DNA of 64,000 nt from Eubacteriales bacterium (GCA_050953105.1 JBMNMA010000009.1:54364-118363), one strand, 5' to 3'; positions 18,856 through 29,716 are shown, counted from the stretch's first letter. The notes: generated from the sequence alone by a model not told the origin. Numbers and translations are program-made.

Positions 18856-19629
18856 ATGAACGGCGAAATGTATCAAATAAGCCTTCTTACTGCGGCGGTA
18901 AAAAAAGCGTTTTATGAAAAATCTGACTTGTCATACACTCCATTGAAATATGAAAACCGCACCGAATTTCAGCTGCTTCCTCAAAAGAGGCTTTTCATAA
19001 CAACCAATCGCAAAGCCAAAGACGTTACCGAATGGTATTATTATTGCTTGAAAAAAGGACTGCGGGATATATTCCTCCTTGCACCCTATGCGGTCAAAAA
19101 CCGTGACCTTATCGGCTTTGCAAATACAACAGAAAGTTCTATTGTTTGTATTTATAACGGAGGTAAAGTATCAGCCTTTTCACCTTATTGGCAGTATGAC
19201 GAATCAAATAAAATGTGGAACATTCTTTATACGGAATATGATTGGCCCAACGCACCTTCGGAAAAGGCACGGTTTGAAAATAATAGCGAAAGATTGAAAG
19301 CCGTCCTATTGCAAATAAAGGAATTAGCCTATAATCTTGATAATATTGGGTTCGCCGATATTTTTCAAAAGGCAATTGATATACTTTCGGGTTCTACCGA
19401 TTTTCCGGATGTTGGGTATGGATTACCGTTACCTCAAATTCCAAAAGAGAACTTACATATTTTTGAGGCGGCCAGCACTGCAGATGTCTTTGGCGGAATG
19501 GGTTCCTGGAATGACAGTCCTCCTTATGCGGCCCGTAGCAAAGGACTTGAAAAAGAATACGAAGAACTGTCAAATGAGCTGTTTAAGCAAATAAGACTTG
19601 CGATTTTATATGCCATTAACGAATGGTAA
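18856..19629 (+). CDS. Hypothetical protein
   Basis: 257-aa ORF with no recognisable motif. Followed 12 nt later by the nitroreductase gene. Confidence 0.5.
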   Translation: MNGEMYQISLLTAAVKKAFYEKSDLSYTPLKYENRTEFQLLPQKRLFITTNRKAKDVTEWYYYCLKKGLRDIFLLAPYAVKNRDLIGFANTTESSIVCIYNGGKVSAFSPYWQYDESNKMWNILYTEYDWPNAPSEKARFENNSERLKAVLLQIKELAYNLDNIGFADIFQKAIDILSGSTDFPDVGYGLPLPQIPKENLHIFEAASTADVFGGMGSWNDSPPYAARSKGLEKEYEELSNELFKQIRLAILYAINEW

Positions 19630-19641
19630 AGGAGAATTACT

Positions 19642-20160
19642 ATGAATAATGATTTTATTACCCTTGCAAGCTCAAGATTTTCCGTCCGTAAGTTTTCCGA
19701 CAAAAAGGTGGAGCAGGAAAAGGTTGATTTAATACTTAATGCCGGTCAGGTGGCACCCACCGCCTGCAATAATCAGCCGCAGAAAATTTATGTGCTTCAA
19801 AGCGAGAAGGCGCTGGAAAAGCTTAATAAGTGTAAATATTCCCGTTTTGGCGAAACACTGGCGTTTATTGTTTGCTATGATTCCTCACTCTGCTGGAAAA
19901 GGGAATTTGACGGCAAAACCAGCGGTGATATTGATGCGTCCATAGTTGCCACTCACATGATGCTTCAAGCCTGGGAACTGGGAATAGGCTCTACATGGAT
20001 AATGCATTTTATTCCCGAAGCGGTTTCTGAAGAATTTAACCTTCCCGAAAACGTCATACCCGTAAGTATTCTGGTTATGGGCTATCCCGCCGCAGATGCA
20101 GTTCCCAACGTCCGCCACGGCATAAAGAAAAACCCGAAAGACACGGTAACATTTTTATAA
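19642..20160 (+). CDS. Nitroreductase family protein
   Basis: SRFSVRKFSDKKV...ILNAGQVAPTACNNQPQK is the typical nitroreductase N-terminus. SD AAAGGAG. Confidence 0.85.
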   Translation: MNNDFITLASSRFSVRKFSDKKVEQEKVDLILNAGQVAPTACNNQPQKIYVLQSEKALEKLNKCKYSRFGETLAFIVCYDSSLCWKREFDGKTSGDIDASIVATHMMLQAWELGIGSTWIMHFIPEAVSEEFNLPENVIPVSILVMGYPAADAVPNVRHGIKKNPKDTVTFL

Positions 20161-20363
20161 AGCTTTCAGGTCAGTATAAGCATAAAGGAGCTATGCCCAG
20201 AAAAGGGAATAGCTCTGTTTTTTATTAGAAAACAAGCCCCGCCATTCATAATGGGTATTTGCGTAAAAATAAACATTTTTTGTAAAAAACCTCTTGACAA
20301 ACTCAATACATCGTGATACGATATATGGCGTAAACGGAAGTATTGCGTGAAAGGAGATATAGT

Positions 20364-20675
20364 ATGGACATTCAACTGAAACGGGGTTTGCTGGAAGTGT
20401 GCGTTTTGGCCGCCATAAAAAAAGAAGATTCATACGGCTATAAAATTATAAAGGACATGAAGCCATATATCGAAATGTCCGAATCAACCCTGTATACCAT
20501 TCTAAAGCGTTTGGAAACAGCCGATATGCTAATAACCAGAACTGCCGAGCATGACGGCAGACTGCGTAAGTATTACCGTATTACCAAAGCGGGACTTGAT
20601 CGCATTGAGGAGTTTAAAGAGGATTGGAAAGAAATCATGTCAATATATAAATTTGTAACCAGGGAGGATGATTAG
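20364..20675 (+). CDS. PadR family transcriptional regulator
   Basis: KRGLLEVCVLAAIKKEDSYGYKIIKDM...STLYTILKRLE...GRLRKYYRITKAG. ATG 20364 follows AAGGAG. Confidence 0.9.
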   Translation: MDIQLKRGLLEVCVLAAIKKEDSYGYKIIKDMKPYIEMSESTLYTILKRLETADMLITRTAEHDGRLRKYYRITKAGLDRIEEFKEDWKEIMSIYKFVTREDD

Positions 20676-21278
20676 ATGAATAAGCAAGAGTTTTTAGCTA
20701 AACTTAAAACCAAACTTTCGGGTTTACCGCAAAAAGACATTGACGAACGCCTTGGCTTTTATAGCGAAATTATTGACGACCGTATGGAAGAAGGCTTGTC
20801 GGAGGAAGAAGCGGTTGCCGGAATCGGGGACTTGGACGATATTGTATCCCAGATACTTTCGGAATTCCCCCTGTCAAAGCTGGTAAAAGAAAAGGTAAGG
20901 CCAAAAAGGCGTCTGCGGGTGTGGGAAATAATATTAATTATCCTGGGTTTTCCCTTTTGGTTTCCCATCCTTATTGCTACACTATCGGTTGCTTTTGCCG
21001 TTTATGCTGCTGTATGGTCTGCTATTTTTGCATTATGGGCATGTGACTTTGCATTATTATACGGTTCAATCAGCAGTATTATATCAATTATAATTTTCCT
21101 GTCCCAGGGGAATATATGGCCGGGGGTTGCCATGTTTGGTGCGTGTCTGTTGTTTGCCGGAGCAGCTATTCTTATGTTTTATGGCTGTGTGGCAGCCACA
21201 AGGGGTATTGTGACTTTAACCAAAAAGTGCGTTTTAGGTGCTAAATATATTATTATAGGGAAGGAGAGCAGTAAATGA
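20676..21278 (+). CDS. DUF1700-type membrane protein
   Basis: N-terminal MNKQEFLAKLKTKLSGLPQKDIDERLGFYSEIIDD plus a multi-TM C-terminal region. Adjacent to PadR. Confidence 0.75.
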   Translation: MNKQEFLAKLKTKLSGLPQKDIDERLGFYSEIIDDRMEEGLSEEEAVAGIGDLDDIVSQILSEFPLSKLVKEKVRPKRRLRVWEIILIILGFPFWFPILIATLSVAFAVYAAVWSAIFALWACDFALLYGSISSIISIIIFLSQGNIWPGVAMFGACLLFAGAAILMFYGCVAATRGIVTLTKKCVLGAKYIIIGKESSK

Positions 21279-22231
21279 AAAAAACAAAAATCTGGCTTGT
21301 TGCGGCTTTACTTGTAGTTATAGGACTTATAATTTTTGTATCCGCCATGTCAGCATTGGCCTGGGACTATACAAAACTGAACAACACAAAATATGAAACC
21401 AATACCCACAATATCAGCGGAGAATTTAAAAATATTAATATTGAAACCAACACAGGCAATGTAATATTTTTACCCTCCGATAACGGCGAATGTAAAGTAG
21501 TCTGCTATGAGCAGGAAAACCTAAAGCATTCGGCTGACATTGACGACGAAACCCTAAATATCAAAATTGTTGACAACAGAAAATGGTATGACTATATCAC
21601 TTTCACTTTTTCGTCGTCAAAAATAACGGTTTATCTTCCCAAAGAAAGCTATAATTTGCTTGTTATAAATACAGATACCGGCAGCGTCAATATACCCGAT
21701 GGTTTTAATTTTAAAGAAATCAAGGTATCCGGCGACACGGGAAGCGTTAAATGCCGGTCAAATGTTTCGGGGTTAATGCAGATAAAAACCTCCACCGGTG
21801 ATATAAATATTGACAACATTACGGCGGGGGAAATGAATTTATCCGTTTCAACAGGCTCTGTAAATGTAAAATCGGTAAATTGCGAAGGCGATATAAAGAT
21901 AAAAGTCGACACCGGCAAGGTGCAGCTGACCGATGTTACATGCAAAAACCTAAATTCCAACGGCAGCACCGGCAAAATTTCTTTAAAAAATGTTATTGCG
22001 TCCGAAAAGCTTAACATTAAGCGGGACACCGGCGACGTAAAATTTACCGGCTGCGATGCGGCGGAAATATATATTGAAACAGACACGGGTGATGTTACCG
22101 GAACACTGCTTTCCGAAAAGGTGTTTATTGTCAGGTCAGATATAGGCAGCATTGATGTCCCCAAAACCGTAACGGGCGGCAGATGCGAAATAACCACCGA
22201 CACGGGGGATATAAAAATACGGATAGAATAA
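21275..22231 (+). CDS. DUF4097-type (putative adhesin/toastrack) protein
   Basis: N-terminal TM followed by repeated DTGSVN / STGDINI / DTGDVT beta-strand repeats. ATGA overlap with the upstream gene. Confidence 0.75.
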   Translation: MKKTKIWLVAALLVVIGLIIFVSAMSALAWDYTKLNNTKYETNTHNISGEFKNINIETNTGNVIFLPSDNGECKVVCYEQENLKHSADIDDETLNIKIVDNRKWYDYITFTFSSSKITVYLPKESYNLLVINTDTGSVNIPDGFNFKEIKVSGDTGSVKCRSNVSGLMQIKTSTGDINIDNITAGEMNLSVSTGSVNVKSVNCEGDIKIKVDTGKVQLTDVTCKNLNSNGSTGKISLKNVIASEKLNIKRDTGDVKFTGCDAAEIYIETDTGDVTGTLLSEKVFIVRSDIGSIDVPKTVTGGRCEITTDTGDIKIRIE

Positions 22232-22272
22232 AAAATACCCTTCGTCAGATAAACAATACGAAAGGATGTGTT

Positions 22273-23049
22273 ATGCCCATGTCAAAAATGCCGGTTATGT
22301 TTGTAGGCCATGGATCCCCAATGAATGCCATTGAGGATAACCAATACACAAGAGGATGGAAAAGCATGGCCGAAAAAATACCCAAACCGAATGTTATATT
22401 GTCTGTGTCGGCCCATTGGTATACCAAAGACACACGAATAATGGACGGGGAAAACCCCAAAACCATATATGATATGTATGGCTTTCCAAAGGAGTTATAT
22501 GAAATTACCTACAACACCCCCGGATCGCCCGGTGTTGCCAGGTTATCAAAAGAGCTGATATCCAGAGAAACAAGATACGATAACACCTGGGGCATTGACC
22601 ACGGAGCCTGGTCGGTGTTGGTGCATATGTATCCCGATAGGGATATTCCCGTGTTTCAGATAAGCGTGGATGCCTTTGCGTCCCCGGAGGAGCATTATAA
22701 AATCGGCAGGGAGTTAAGGGCATTAAGGGATAAAGGCGTTCTTATCTTCGGCACCGGAAATATTGTCCACAACCTAAGACTGGTTGACTGGCATAAAGCC
22801 AGTAAGGGTTTTGACTGGGCGTATGAATTCGACGAATATATTTATGATAATATTCAAAATAAAAATCATGATAATATATTAAAATTCAACGATCTTGGCA
22901 ATATCGCAAAGCTTGCGATGCCGACACCTGATCACTTTTACCCGCTGTTATATATCCTCGGCGCGTCCTATGAGGATGATAAAATAAGCGTTTACAATAA
23001 GTCCTGCGAGCTTGGCTCATTGACAATGACGTCATATTTGTTTGAATAA
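22273..23049 (+). CDS. 4,5-DOPA dioxygenase extradiol (class III extradiol dioxygenase, YgiD-like)
   Basis: MPVMFVGHGSPMNA...SAHW...YGFP...WGIDHGAWSVL...GNIVHNL. Confidence 0.85.
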   Translation: MPMSKMPVMFVGHGSPMNAIEDNQYTRGWKSMAEKIPKPNVILSVSAHWYTKDTRIMDGENPKTIYDMYGFPKELYEITYNTPGSPGVARLSKELISRETRYDNTWGIDHGAWSVLVHMYPDRDIPVFQISVDAFASPEEHYKIGRELRALRDKGVLIFGTGNIVHNLRLVDWHKASKGFDWAYEFDEYIYDNIQNKNHDNILKFNDLGNIAKLAMPTPDHFYPLLYILGASYEDDKISVYNKSCELGSLTMTSYLFE

Positions 23050-23050
23050 T

Positions 23051-23650
23051 TTATGTGTTTTCAATTATCCATTTATCTAAAAATTTCATTTGCTCATTGG
23101 TATGAAACCAATGGTCCCCGTTTTCCATAACCGTAACATTTGCCCCGTAACGGAAAGCAAAATCATTAATTGTTTCAATGGATTGCAGATTGTCTTTACT
23201 CCCGTATAATATTTCGGTGGGAATGTTCCAATCAATTTGATTTTCCCTCACCCATAAAAGATAATCCCATGACAATGCTTCACCGAACGTTGTCGGGATT
23301 TCTTTTTTTGCTTTCAAATCTTCTTCGGTGGCACCTACCCATGTCAGCATATCGCAGATTAATTTTTCCATATTTACAATCGGAGAAATAAAGAAAGCCT
23401 TTTTTATTGGCTTGTTAGCTAATGAGCAAAACGCAAAAAATGCTCCAATGCTGTTTGCGATAAGATAGACTTTATCGTAACCAGAAGATACCGAATCAAA
23501 GAAGTCCCCGAATTTCTTTACAGCATCCCAGGGGGTTTGTGATTTATAATCAAACCCCAAAACATCACAGTTCGAAAATATTTGCCTGTAATGTTGGGCT
23601 TCTTCGGCATTTCCGTCTCTTCCGTGAATATATAAAACCAGGTCTTTCAT
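23051..23650 (-). CDS. Alpha/beta hydrolase family protein
   Basis: LVLYIHGRDGN at the N-terminus, nucleophile-elbow-like LIANSIGAF, and C-terminal GDHWF. Confidence 0.65.
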   Translation of the reverse strand: MKDLVLYIHGRDGNAEEAQHYRQIFSNCDVLGFDYKSQTPWDAVKKFGDFFDSVSSGYDKVYLIANSIGAFFAFCSLANKPIKKAFFISPIVNMEKLICDMLTWVGATEEDLKAKKEIPTTFGEALSWDYLLWVRENQIDWNIPTEILYGSKDNLQSIETINDFAFRYGANVTVMENGDHWFHTNEQMKFLDKWIIENT

Positions 23651-23840
23651 ATAAACTCCGTTTGTTTTCCTTTATAAGAAATATATAACATTAACGGCAT
23701 ATTGTCAATACATGACATAAGTGCAATCCAGCCGGAGCGGTTGCGGATGGATAAAAATCAAATGCATCTTTTATTAAAACCACTTTAATTTTATATAAAT
23801 CCATGATATAATGCCTTAATAATATTGGGAGGAAGTTTAA

Positions 23841-25885
23841 ATGAAAAGAATTTTAATTCTTTTAGTCATCTTGGCACTGTTTACAGGCATTATTCAAATC
23901 CCCACAGCAGCGGAGGAAAACATGGTTTTTGACATTGAAGATTTCAACACTCCCTTAAAAAGCGGTAAAATAGTGGTTTTGGAAGGGGGAGAAAGCGGCA
24001 GGACGTTCAAATCCGCTGATTTCAACCTTAGATATGCCTATATTTTAACCTTTGATAAAGAAGGAAAGCTTATCGAAGGCGGGGCAAACCTTCTTTCCGA
24101 TTCATCCAGTCCCCAGCTTGCAATAAAAGTCCCGGCAGGGGGCTTTGCGGTGGTTTTTGATTCCCAAAGCAGCAGTTTATTAAAGTATTACAATAAAATA
24201 TTCGACGGGGTAATGATATACAACGGCACCATGCCCCTTATTTACGATATGTCAGCGAGTATCGACCGACAGAATAAAAAGCTGTCGGTCAGATTCGGAA
24301 ACCCGGTTGAGCCCACCAAAGAAACGGTTAAAATATTATTTGTTGGTAACTCCTCAACCTATTACAGCGGCACCCCCATTGTGTTCGAGGGTCTTTGCAG
24401 GGCAGCGGGATTGAATGTAAAGGTGTATTACTGCACCTACGGTTCATCTAATTTAGGCCAGTTTGCCGATCCCAATCATGATTACGGTAAAACCTTAAGA
24501 AATAAATTAAATACCGGTAAATACGACTATGTAGTGCTGCAGGATGCTGCCGGCAGCAGCTTAAACGCCACCGACAGTTCCGTTGCCACAATTCTTGAAC
24601 TTATAAAAGCAAACGGCGCCACTCCGGTTTTGTATATGCGTTATTCCACCTCCATTGAGGGTACATACAAATATGTGCAGATTTATGGTCAGGTGGGGAG
24701 CAAGTATAAAATAAAGGTTATGCCTTCCGCCCAGGCCTTTGCCTACTCCTTAAAGGACTATCCCTCCATCAATCTCTACGCCGACGACGGAGGACATCAT
24801 TCCCATGCCGGCAGCTATCTTGCCGCCTGCACCTGGCTTTATAGCCTGTTTAATGTTTCCCCAGTAGGGAACAAATATATAGCCACCCTTGATAAGTCAA
24901 CGGCAGAGAAACTCCAGAACATTGCCGTAAAGGGATGTGATGATCCCGACAAAATGTTTGCTACCGAGGACACCTTTACCCAAGGCGGTAAAACATATCA
25001 AAACATTTCAAAGGGTAAACCCTATACACCGTCCGGTGAAAAATATTCCGGCAACTGGACCGATACCGCAAGTGACGGCAAACCCATAGGCAAGCTGACC
25101 GACGGAATTTTCGCATCTTCCGGTGAAGAAACCAACATAGGATGCTATAAAGGATCAAAAACCAGCATTACCATTGACCTTGGCGAAGAAATGGCGGTTA
25201 AGCATGTTGTTACCGACCTGCATGGCAATGAATCCTGGGGAATAGGTGATCCGACGGGTGCGGTGGTTACGATGTATATTTCAACCGACGGGGTGAAGTT
25301 TGATAAAGTAGATAATTTATCCGGTGCCACAAAAAGTTCAGGGCAATGGAAATCCCGCAATCTTACCCTGACATTGGACGAAACGGTAAACGCAAGGTAT
25401 GTAAGGGTTGAGTATTCCATAACGGGTAATTTCTGCTGGTCAAGCGAGATAGCCGTCTACGGCACCGAAAAACAAGAAGGTGGCGAAACATCCGGCGAAA
25501 TATCCGAGGAACCTTCCATAGAGCCGTCAGAGAACCTTCCGAGGACCCAGACCCTCAGACAGAACCCTCCGATGAACCTTCCAATGAACCGTCGGAAGAG
25601 TCGTCTAATGAATCTTCGGATGAACTATCCCCTGAACCTTCCGAAGAGGTTTCCCAAGAACCCTCTGATGAATTGTCTGACGAACTATCCGGTGAATCGG
25701 CAGACGAAAGTAAGGAAGAAAGCAGTTTGCCTGTTTCGGAATCATCTGCTGCTACAAGCAATACCGAAAGTCAAGGCTCTGGTAAATCAAATAAAACAGC
25801 CGTTATAATAATAGCTGCCGGTGTGCTGGTGGCATTAGCAGCCGGGATAATTCTTATAATTAGAAGCAAGAAAGCAGTAGCTTAA
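23841..25885 (+). pseudogene. Secreted SGNH/DUF4886-like plus discoidin (F5/8 type C)-like protein, frameshifted before its acidic linker and C-terminal TM anchor
   Basis: Signal peptide; ILFVGNSSTYYSG; C-terminal YVRVEYSITGNFCWSSEIAVYG. After 25532 the annotated frame becomes basic nonsense. The +1 frame reads EPSEDPDPQTEPSDEPSNEPSEESSNESSDE... and runs into ORF 25673..25885, which ends in a TM helix plus RSKKAVA. Confidence 0.7.
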
Positions 25886-25955
25886 ATGCTTTATTAATTT
25901 GATAAAAGAGCAACCCATACGTTTGACTATATGAAATTTGCTATGAAATAGAACA

Positions 25956-25983
25956 GAAAGCAGCGGTTAGTGCCGCTGCTTTC
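25956..25983. terminator. Bidirectional terminator between convergent genes
   Basis: GAAAGCAGCGG ttagtg CCGCTGCTTTC, an 11-bp perfect stem. Confidence 0.65.
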
Positions 25984-26009
25984 ACTTTTAAATTACTGAC
26001 ACGTTAAGG

Positions 26010-27236
26010 TTATTTGGCAAAGCTTTTGTGCTTTCCCTTATTACCTTTTCCTTTCTTACAATCATCCTTTTTACTATCATCTTTTTTACAATCATCTTTT
26101 TTACCACAGCTGTTTGGCCGGCATAACAGGCAAACGACTATAGCAGCAAGCAGAACGAACAGGGATAAAACAAGAATGGTAACAAGCATGTTTCCGTTTG
26201 ATTCATTGATAATGCAAATAGGGCCGTTTACTACGTTGGGGTCGTCAATAACATAAACCGTTATTGGGTTAATGCCGGTGATATCACCTGTCAGATTCGA
26301 TTCTGAAATGGTAATATTGTAATCATCGATACTTGCTCCGTTAAGGTTTTGAATAACCGGTCCGCCGCCGTTTGTCAAATTTGAGTGAACAATATTTATA
26401 TTACTGGTACTGTCGCCTCTTAAAACAACCGTTCCGACTGTAGAGTTACTGTTTAAAATACTGTTGTTAATTAATACGGATCCAACATTTTGAATTGCAC
26501 CTGCACCTTGTCCGCTTCTAACCGCATAACCTTCAACTTCAAAATTACAACTGTCAACTATCAAATTTCCGGTGCCGTAGAAATTTACCCCGCCGGCGGA
26601 ATTGCTGACAACGCAGTTTTGAATAAATGCATACCCGGACACGGCTTTCAATTGTGCAAGACTATGCATATTTGTAGCGGTGCAGTTTGTTATTGCAATG
26701 TTCCTTGAACCGCCTGGAACACTTTGAACAGCTACGGTGGTATCAAAGACACCTGTAAAAGTACAGCCGTTTATTGTGATATTATGGGGATAACTCATTC
26801 CCACATTGGGTGGAATAACAACAAAGCTAATACAATCTGCTATAACACCTGATGAAAAATCGAAGATAAATCCTTCTATCAGCAAAGTTTCCGGCCCGTT
26901 AAAATTCCCGTTTCCGTCAATGAATATTGTATTTGTAAAAATAACTTCAGCTCCCGCTTCCGGTCTTACTACTACACTTTTGTTCGGTTGTTGTATAATG
27001 TTTAAGGGGTCGGTAACCGTGCCTTCTGCTACTTCAACAATAAAACTATCTCCTGCGGTAACGGTAACAGCATCTATCGCAGCTTGAACGGATGCATAAT
27101 CTCCAACCAGCGTCCCGTCTCCCCTTAAAAGTTTTGCAGGGGGAGAAGCTGCAAGGATTGAATTTGGTATTAAGCACATGAATATGAATGCCATTAAAAT
27201 AATAATGCAAATACTCTTTTTCATAATCAACCTCAT
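26010..27236 (-). CDS. Right-handed beta-helix (pectate-lyase-fold-like) surface protein with C-terminal TM anchor and Lys/Asp/Cys-rich tail
   Basis: Signal peptide. Repetitive N/T/G/V-rich segments with NCT..N / I.NS motifs. TM segment LVTILVLSLFVLLAAIVVCLL. Tail CGKKDDCKKDDSKKDDCKKGKGNKGKHK. Confidence 0.6.
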   Translation of the reverse strand: MRLIMKKSICIIILMAFIFMCLIPNSILAASPPAKLLRGDGTLVGDYASVQAAIDAVTVTAGDSFIVEVAEGTVTDPLNIIQQPNKSVVVRPEAGAEVIFTNTIFIDGNGNFNGPETLLIEGFIFDFSSGVIADCISFVVIPPNVGMSYPHNITINGCTFTGVFDTTVAVQSVPGGSRNIAITNCTATNMHSLAQLKAVSGYAFIQNCVVSNSAGGVNFYGTGNLIVDSCNFEVEGYAVRSGQGAGAIQNVGSVLINNSILNSNSTVGTVVLRGDSTSNINIVHSNLTNGGGPVIQNLNGASIDDYNITISESNLTGDITGINPITVYVIDDPNVVNGPICIINESNGNMLVTILVLSLFVLLAAIVVCLLCRPNSCGKKDDCKKDDSKKDDCKKGKGNKGKHKSFAK

Positions 27237-27504
27237 TTTTTATAGCTTTATACAGTATATGCCGCCTTAACCCCTACTGCTTAAAGCCTTAAAAATCAGA
27301 AATCGACAGCGATATGTCAAAGCTGCTTCGGGTTGAAAAGAGTATTTAACAGCTATTTTGCTTTGTTTATTAAGAGGCATTGTGTTTGTTAACAAGTTGT
27401 GATATAATGATTGTGAATTATTGCTGTTTTAAACATTTTTTAGGGTATTTAGTTATTAAGGTCATCCGAAAAATTACAAGCTAAAATAACTTGAGGTGAA
27501 AATA

Positions 27505-27972
27505 ATGGTTCATCTGGTTTATTGTGATAACGCAGGTAAAAAGGGAGAACGGGTGCTTGATAAAATTTTGTCCGGCGAAAAGACAATGATTATCCGTAGC
27601 GCATCGGGCAGAAAAATTCCTCACAGCCGGGTTTTTAAAGGTGAAACCCTTTATTTTATGGAAAAAGGATCTATGAAGGTTTCTGCCAAGGCGGTTGTTA
27701 CATATGTGCAAAACTATGTAAAGCTATCGGATGAAGAAATAGAAAAGGTTCTATCTGATAACGAAGGCAAACTTGCCCTTACAAAACAGCAAAAAGAAAG
27801 ATGGCGTAAAAAGTGTATATGCTTAACAGAATTCTCAAATGTCGAAAAAATCGAGCCGCCTTTGCCCTTTGAAAAGCAGTCGAATATGGATGACTGGCTT
27901 ATTATTGAAAAAATAGAAGACGTTCTTGAGGGAACAAGTATTCCATATAATTACGAAAAATCAAAACTGTAA
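27505..27972 (+). CDS. ASCH domain-containing protein
   Basis: LDKILSGEKTMIIRSASGRKIPHSRVFKGETLYFMEKGS is an ASCH/PUA-like N-terminal pattern. ATG 27505 follows GAGGTG. Confidence 0.6.
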   Translation: MVHLVYCDNAGKKGERVLDKILSGEKTMIIRSASGRKIPHSRVFKGETLYFMEKGSMKVSAKAVVTYVQNYVKLSDEEIEKVLSDNEGKLALTKQQKERWRKKCICLTEFSNVEKIEPPLPFEKQSNMDDWLIIEKIEDVLEGTSIPYNYEKSKL

Positions 27973-28007
27973 TTTATTAAATCTACAAACTGAAAGGATT
28001 ATATTCA

Positions 28008-29015
28008 ATGTCACATCTTTCCAATGAAATGTTAAAGCATCATTTTCACCCCAAAAGGGGTTGGATGAACGACCCCAACGGACTGTGCTATTATAAAGGA
28101 AAATACCATTTATTTTATCAGCATGCGCCTAATTTCGAATATCCCTGGCAGGAACCCATTGTATGGGGACATGCAACCACCAATGATTTTATTCATTTTG
28201 AAGAGCTGCCCATAGCCATAAGGCCGGATAAAGAGTATGACACAAACGGAATCTGGTCGGGAACGGCGGTTGAAAAGGACGGTAAGCTTTATTGCTACTA
28301 TGCGTCTGTGGACAAGGACTACAAGCAGACAATAAGCCTTGCGGTTTCATCCGACGGTATTAATTTTGAAAAATATGAGGGCAATCCTATAATCCGCACA
28401 TATCCCGCAGACGGCAGCGAGGATTTTCGTGATCCCGCCATCCTTTGCTGCGATTTCGGAAATTTCCTTGTTATTGCTTCGGGCAACAAGGAAAAAAACA
28501 CCGGAAACTTACTCCTTTATAAAAGCGATAATATGACCGACTGGGAATATTGCGGCGTGCTTTTTGAATATGAAAACTGTAAATACTGCGAATGCCCGTC
28601 TTTTGCAAAATACGGCGACGGATATCTCCTTGCCGTATCGGTCTGCCCCAATGATGGCGACCACTATTTTGAAGTTATATACGGCAGCTTTGACGGGGTA
28701 AAATTTACGGCCGAAATAGTATCCCATTTTCAAAAAGGCCCGGACGTATATGCGGGGCAGATATTTTCCCACCCCCACGGCAACCCTCTTTTAATTTCAT
28801 GGATACCCGGCTGGAAATACCAGCCTAAGGAAAAATGCATAGGCTGCCTGTCTTTACCCTTGGAGCTTACCGTTTCCCAAGAGAAAATACTGGCATATCC
28901 GATTGAAGGCTTAAGGGGTCTGCTTTCGCCGGACGGAACACTGACAGATGCCTATATCACCGAACAGTTTATAGGTAACGGCGAAGAGGTAATTACAAAA
29001 ATCAATATAGAATAA
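28008..29015 (+). CDS. Glycoside hydrolase family 32 (beta-fructofuranosidase / sucrose-6-phosphate hydrolase-like), catalytic domain only
   Basis: HFHPKRGWMNDPNGLCYYKGKYHLFYQ (WMNDPNG block), FRDP (RDP motif), YCECP (EC motif). At 335 aa it appears to lack the usual C-terminal beta-sandwich. Confidence 0.85.
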   Translation: MSHLSNEMLKHHFHPKRGWMNDPNGLCYYKGKYHLFYQHAPNFEYPWQEPIVWGHATTNDFIHFEELPIAIRPDKEYDTNGIWSGTAVEKDGKLYCYYASVDKDYKQTISLAVSSDGINFEKYEGNPIIRTYPADGSEDFRDPAILCCDFGNFLVIASGNKEKNTGNLLLYKSDNMTDWEYCGVLFEYENCKYCECPSFAKYGDGYLLAVSVCPNDGDHYFEVIYGSFDGVKFTAEIVSHFQKGPDVYAGQIFSHPHGNPLLISWIPGWKYQPKEKCIGCLSLPLELTVSQEKILAYPIEGLRGLLSPDGTLTDAYITEQFIGNGEEVITKINIE

Positions 29016-29191
29016 ATTTTTATGCAGGAACGGTTATATGCTTTGTATTTATCCGTTCCTGCAAGCAATTTAATTATTATAAAAGTTGTGCATTTTATTG
29101 TATTACAATTGGATTTTTTTCACTTAGCATTAGCAAATGTCGAATTATGTCATATAATGTATTGAACCTTGCTATGGAAAGGATAATGGAC

Positions 29192-29707
29192 ATGACATGC
29201 TGTAAATGCAAAGTGGTCCTGAGCGCCATTTTATCTGCGATATTATTGACAGCGTTGGTTTTTACGATTATTACGGTTATTGATGTTATCGAATCAGAAG
29301 ATATCCAAGGTATTCAGGCCGAACTGAATAATGCGGGCGGAGATATACTTGCCGACGGTGCCAACGTAATATTTAACAGTGTTTTGAATGACCAAAGTGA
29401 TATTATAAGCTATAATCCCCTTACAGGGGAATTTACGGTTGCCGAACCGGGTAACTATCTTGTTACCTGGTGGTTTTCACCGGACGGAGCCGGACCTGCG
29501 ACTACCATAGATTTTGCGGTTGCCGTAAACAATATCCCCTACTCCATCACATCATCTCCCATTGTTTCGGTGCAGATGGCTTCCCAATCCTTGGTGACAA
29601 TCGAAACGGCACCGGCTATTATCACACTGGTTAACGTTACCGGAGAAGATGTGTTTATTCCCACAACATCTGTTCAGGCGGGCATAGTTATAACCAACGG
29701 ACAGTGA
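29192..29707 (+). CDS. Membrane-anchored hypothetical protein, possible jelly-roll (C1q/TNF-like) ectodomain
   Basis: N-terminal CCKCK plus a TM helix. The GEFTVAEPGNYLVTWWF segment is reminiscent of C1q-like domains. The start was chosen 8 nt after GGAAAGGA; the track start is 29147. Confidence 0.4.
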   Translation: MTCCKCKVVLSAILSAILLTALVFTIITVIDVIESEDIQGIQAELNNAGGDILADGANVIFNSVLNDQSDIISYNPLTGEFTVAEPGNYLVTWWFSPDGAGPATTIDFAVAVNNIPYSITSSPIVSVQMASQSLVTIETAPAIITLVNVTGEDVFIPTTSVQAGIVITNGQ

Positions 29708-29716
29708 TTTTGAAAA

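Noticed and set aside
29192-29707. Homology between the 186-aa membrane protein and the C-terminal domain of the collagen-like protein
   Set aside because: By-eye alignment shows no convincing shared motifs. Both may be jelly-roll domains, but a relationship cannot be claimed.
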